From assembly GCF_009914755.1 (NCBI RefSeq), contig NC_060926.1: 64,000 nt of DNA. One strand, given 5' to 3'. The translations under genes were made by a program, and so were the position numbers. The DNA comes from the human T2T-CHM13v2.0 reference genome, Homo sapiens. The notes under the pieces were generated by a model. That model saw only the letters and a list, made by a program, of their open reading frames with translations. It searched no databases and was not told the origin of the DNA. Of the stretch, positions 59,370 to 64,000 are shown piece after piece. Numbering within the stretch: the first letter of the stretch is position 1; each line of letters starts with the position of its first letter.

Positions 59370-59950
59370 TTGGGGGTTAGGTTTATTTCTGTTGTTAAAA
59401 ACCCGGTGAACAAAAGGTTGTGGAAAAAACACATGCAAAAGACAGGCGAAGGTGTGAGCTGGATAGGGACAAAGATGGGGGAACCCGTGGGGTCACTCCT
59501 TGACCCCACCCGGGACACCTAGACATCCACAGTGTCGGGGGAGGGGCCCCAGACCAGGCAGAAGACCCTTCCCCGGCCGTGGGGAACCCAAGATTTCCGA
59601 GAGTAAGCGGACCTGTGCAAAGACCCACAAGGGAGGCCAGTGGCCTGTGCTGGGCACTGTACAGCCGCCCCGACCCCGACCTCACGTGGGCCTCGGAGGC
59701 TGCAGGGACCTACCCGGCCGCGCGCCGCCCACCATCCCAGGTCTACCGCAGGGGAATCCCCCAGGCTTGCGAGCGCTTCCGAGGGCAGGAAAGCCTGTAC
59801 TGCAGCCCCGCCGCCCTCTCCTGGCGCGTAGCCCTCTCCCCGAGCCCTCGGGCCACGCCGCCAGGCCCGCGATCCCAGGGCGGCCCGGGGGGTTCGGCAC
59901 AGCCCGATAATGCGCCGCGCCGAAGCCTGCAGCACCCCGCGGTCGCTGTC
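59370..59950 (-). ncRNA. AGBL5-AS1: Probable short antisense lncRNA from the CpG island (consistent with AGBL5-AS1)
   Basis: Minus-strand AATAAA at 59387-59382, minus-strand donor CGG|GTAGGT (intron begins at 59713) and candidate acceptor ttgcacag ending at 59613. The name and approximate ends rest on recalled annotation. Confidence 0.45.
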
Positions 59951-60360
59951 TCTCTTGCACTGGTCAGGACGAATAGAGCCTGACAAAACCTGAGTTAATT
60001 GGCCGAGCGAATGTCGTTCGCGTCAGGAGAGCACGTCCGGAGAAGCCAAGGGAAATGTGGAGCAGGAGCAGCCAAAGTGGCCCATCGGCTCTCGAGCAGG
60101 GTTTGCGCGTCGCGGTCGCAAAGCCCCTGTGAGTGCAGGTACCGCGGCACAAGCGCTGCCCCGGAGCTCCAGGAGGCGGCGGCGGGCTCGGCGTTCGCGG
60201 TCCAGGAGAAACCACCGCGGGGTGTTGGGAACATTTTGTTAAAAAGCCGGGAAGCTCAGGGCCGGTGTGGCCTCCGTTCTGGCCTGAGAACCCGGACTTT
60301 GGGCAGCTTCTTTTCCTTGCCTTTGGGTCTCCGGCTTTCTCAGCTCTGTGAGGTCCCATG
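59500..60360. promoter_or_regulatory. CpG island upstream of the tRNA genes
   Basis: Very dense CpG and GC-rich non-repetitive sequence. Confidence 0.85.
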
Positions 60361-60468
60361 GGTCTCCTGCCCTGGCAGGTTCCTTCAGCCGGAGAAAGCG
60401 GGGGTCATGGCTGGATGAGGTTGCGGTAAGCATTAGAGGGCTATCAGCAGCATCTTATCGCAGCGGAG

Positions 60469-60557
60469 CCTTCGATAGCTCAGTTGGTAGAGCGGAGGAC
60501 TGTAGTGGATAGGGCGTGGCAATCCTTAGGTCGCTGGTTCGATTCCGGCTCGAAGGA
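60469..60557 (+). tRNA. TRY-GTA2-1: tRNA-Tyr (GTA) with a 16-nt intron at 60506-60521
   Basis: CCTTCGATAGCTCAGTTGGTAGAGCGGAGGACTGTAG-[TGGATAGGGCGTGGCA]-ATCCTTAGGTCGCTGGTTCGATTCCGGCTCGAAGGA; anticodon 60502-60504; intact A and B boxes; T5 Pol III terminator 60570-60574. The locus number is recalled. Confidence 0.97.
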
Positions 60558-60900
60558 CTTCGTCTGTAATTTTTAACCTCAATTTAATTCAATTATCCCA
60601 TAAGGGGAAAGGCTTGGAGGCCTCCTGTGACTTAGCATTCGTACTGCCGTCAGTCCATAGGGAACACCGTAGTATGTAGTATACGGTAACGCTCTTTCTG
60701 CGTTCAATGTACATGTGGTAACGTGTTTTAGAATGTTTTCTGCTTAAGCACACGATTATATGCTTGATTTTTAGAATCTTGCACATGGATGCCACTGTAT
60801 TGTACTCTGCTAAATAAATGTCCTGAACTGTGGTTGATCCACTGGTCAGTGAACAGTGCAGTGAACCTGTAAGGCAAAGGGAAAGAACTAAGCAGCAGGC

Positions 60901-60973
60901 GGGGGATTAGCTCAAATGGTAGAGCGCTCGCTTAGCATGCGAGAGGTAGCGGGATCGATGCCCGCATCCTCCA
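60901..60973 (+). tRNA. TRA-AGC8-1: tRNA-Ala (AGC)
   Basis: 73-nt cloverleaf GGGGGATTAGCTCAAATGGTAGAGC...GCGGGATCGATGCCCGCATCCTCCA; anticodon 60934-60936; G3:U70 alanine identity pair; T4 terminator 60980-60983. The locus number is recalled. Confidence 0.96.
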
Positions 60974-60999
60974 CTCAGCTTTTGCGTCCGTCACACTAC

Positions 61000-61800
61000 A
61001 GAACACAAAACGGGAGGGATTCCCGGCGCAGTGGGCTACGTGTTTCATTTTAGAGACACAAGACTGTTAAGCGATAAGGAGTTTCACACGATGTCTTTTT
61101 ATTTCGCAGTTGAGTCCCAGTTTCTGCCGCTTTATCTTTCCCGCCTCCCGGCAGGCAGGCCGTTAACCGTCTTCCGGAAGACGCTGCTAGAACCCTCCGG
61201 CCGCTCCTGCCCGCCATCGTCCCCGAACGACACTCGCTCAGGTACCCACTAACGTGCGAGGAACCCTGAGAGCTGACCAATGGTAGCGAGCTTTACTGGG
61301 CGGGTCGCCAGCTGCAGCCACGGCCAATAGGCGAGAGACTTCTTGTTTCCTGGCAGAGCGGGGTCCCGGCACCGCGGCGCTCGGGTGTTTTTGGGGGCCC
61401 GGGTGGAGGGCCCGGGTGCCGGGGCCCAAGGTGCGGCCTCGCTAGCGGGAGAGGGAGCGGGATCACCGGCCCGGAGAGAGGTGAGGGGCTCTGCGCGGAC
61501 TACGGGCCCCGCCAGCCCCGGCCCCGCCAGCCCCGGCCCCGCCCCCTTCTCTCAGCCCCTTGAGCCCGAGCCCCTCGAAGGCCACCCCGCACCCCGCTCC
61601 CGACCTGGCTTACGCGGTCCCGACCCCGCCCAGCTCCGTGGCCTCACCTCTGACTCCTAGGCCCTCCCTGCCTAACCCCCTGCCGCGGGAGCCCGTCTCG
61701 ACCCCTTCCATGCCTCCCAGTCCCACCCTGCCCAGGGCAAGCCCGCTCGGTGTGACGGTTCCCCGCGAGTCGAGGGTGGAGAAGCCAGCCTCCTTCCCCC
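61000..61800. promoter_or_regulatory. AGBL5: AGBL5 CpG island promoter
   Basis: CCAAT boxes at 61277-61281 and 61324-61328, GC box at 61298-61303, palindromic ETS site at 61168-61183. Confidence 0.88.
61350..61480 (+). other. AGBL5: AGBL5 non-coding exon 1 (5' end approximate)
   Basis: Lies downstream of the CCAAT boxes and ends at donor GAG|GTGAGG; the next acceptor is at 62599. Confidence 0.65.
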
Positions 61801-62582
61801 GAGTGGGACTCTAGCAGCCCACCTCTTTTAGGGGTGCTGAGAACACCCATTACTCATCCACAGCTACTAGGGTAGCTTTCTCAGGGTGCAGTGCTTACGG
61901 GGCGGAGGGGGATGGAAACAGACCCATGCCCTGGCTGGAAGGGAGCTCCAGTCGCTAGGTGAGCCCAGTAGCCTTTGGCTTGGCAGAGGCACCACTGTTA
62001 TAGTTTTTCTCCATACTAGGCATAAGGTAGGAACAAAAAAGGAAGAACCAGCCCTTCCAGGGCTCAGGGGAGCAACACCAGAATGTCCGCTCAGTACTTG
62101 TGAGGACAGAGGCTGGAGAGAGGACTACCCATTTACACTCAGAACCTCGATTCCTCTCTCTGCTCTGTGCTGGAGAGTGCAGAGCCAGAGATCCAGAACG
62201 GCCCATCTCTAAAGGTGGCCATGTATGGTGGTGAGTGTATCTTGGCTAGGTTTGGAAAATCTGACCTCTCTGATTATATTCTCTAATCTTTGGGCTGCAA
62301 AGCAGCTGAGAGTTTAGTGTTTTTCAACATAGTTAAGCCACTGAGTTTTATTTGGGAACAGCCAAGCTAAAGTAAAATGGGGTCCCTTTAGGTCATTTAC
62401 AACCCTTAGTGTTGGGGTACAGAATGCTGCTTTCTCTTGGCCTTTGCTGGAAGACCACTTCTATGTTTTCTAAGAGGGAGACAGCCTTTTGTTTCATAGG
62501 GCACTCCCTAAGAATAGCTCTTATTTATCAAGAGATACCCAGAAAACTCTTCGATTTGTCTTCCCTTTCCTCCTTAACCTAA

Positions 62583-63978
<1,396 letters not shown>

Positions 63979-64000
63979 TAGCCCAGCTCCCATTAATTAT

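Noticed and set aside
59500-60420. Many overlapping 130-155 aa ORFs on both strands
   Set aside because: Expected in a CpG island; low-complexity Arg/Pro/Gly/Ala composition

Overview
This is human-type genomic DNA matching the chr2p23.3 gene order MAPRE3 - TMEM214 - tRNA-Tyr(GTA) - tRNA-Ala(AGC) - AGBL5, all on the + strand. Bases 1-31.9 kb are the repeat-rich first intron of MAPRE3, whose exon 1 lies outside the window. Next come the six coding exons of MAPRE3/EB3 (281 aa, reconstructed in frame), all 17 coding exons of TMEM214 (689 aa, reconstructed in frame only if intron 10 is a GC-AG intron) and a minus-strand L1/Alu block. A CpG-island cluster follows, holding an intron-containing tRNA-Tyr, a tRNA-Ala and a likely antisense lncRNA, and then the first exons of AGBL5/CCP5. 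I found no evidence for a new multi-gene system. The best leads are regulatory: (1) an orphan exon-like segment at about 52.0-52.2 kb that would splice in frame into an overlapping uORF of AGBL5, giving a hypothetical 58-aa peptide; (2) the TMEM214 GC donor with a competing frameshifting GT 4 nt downstream; (3) a candidate poison microexon in MAPRE3 intron 4; (4) a Tyr/Ala tRNA pair that may be an ancient ohnologue. Gene and repeat names come from recognising the sequence, not from database searches, and repeat boundaries are approximate.
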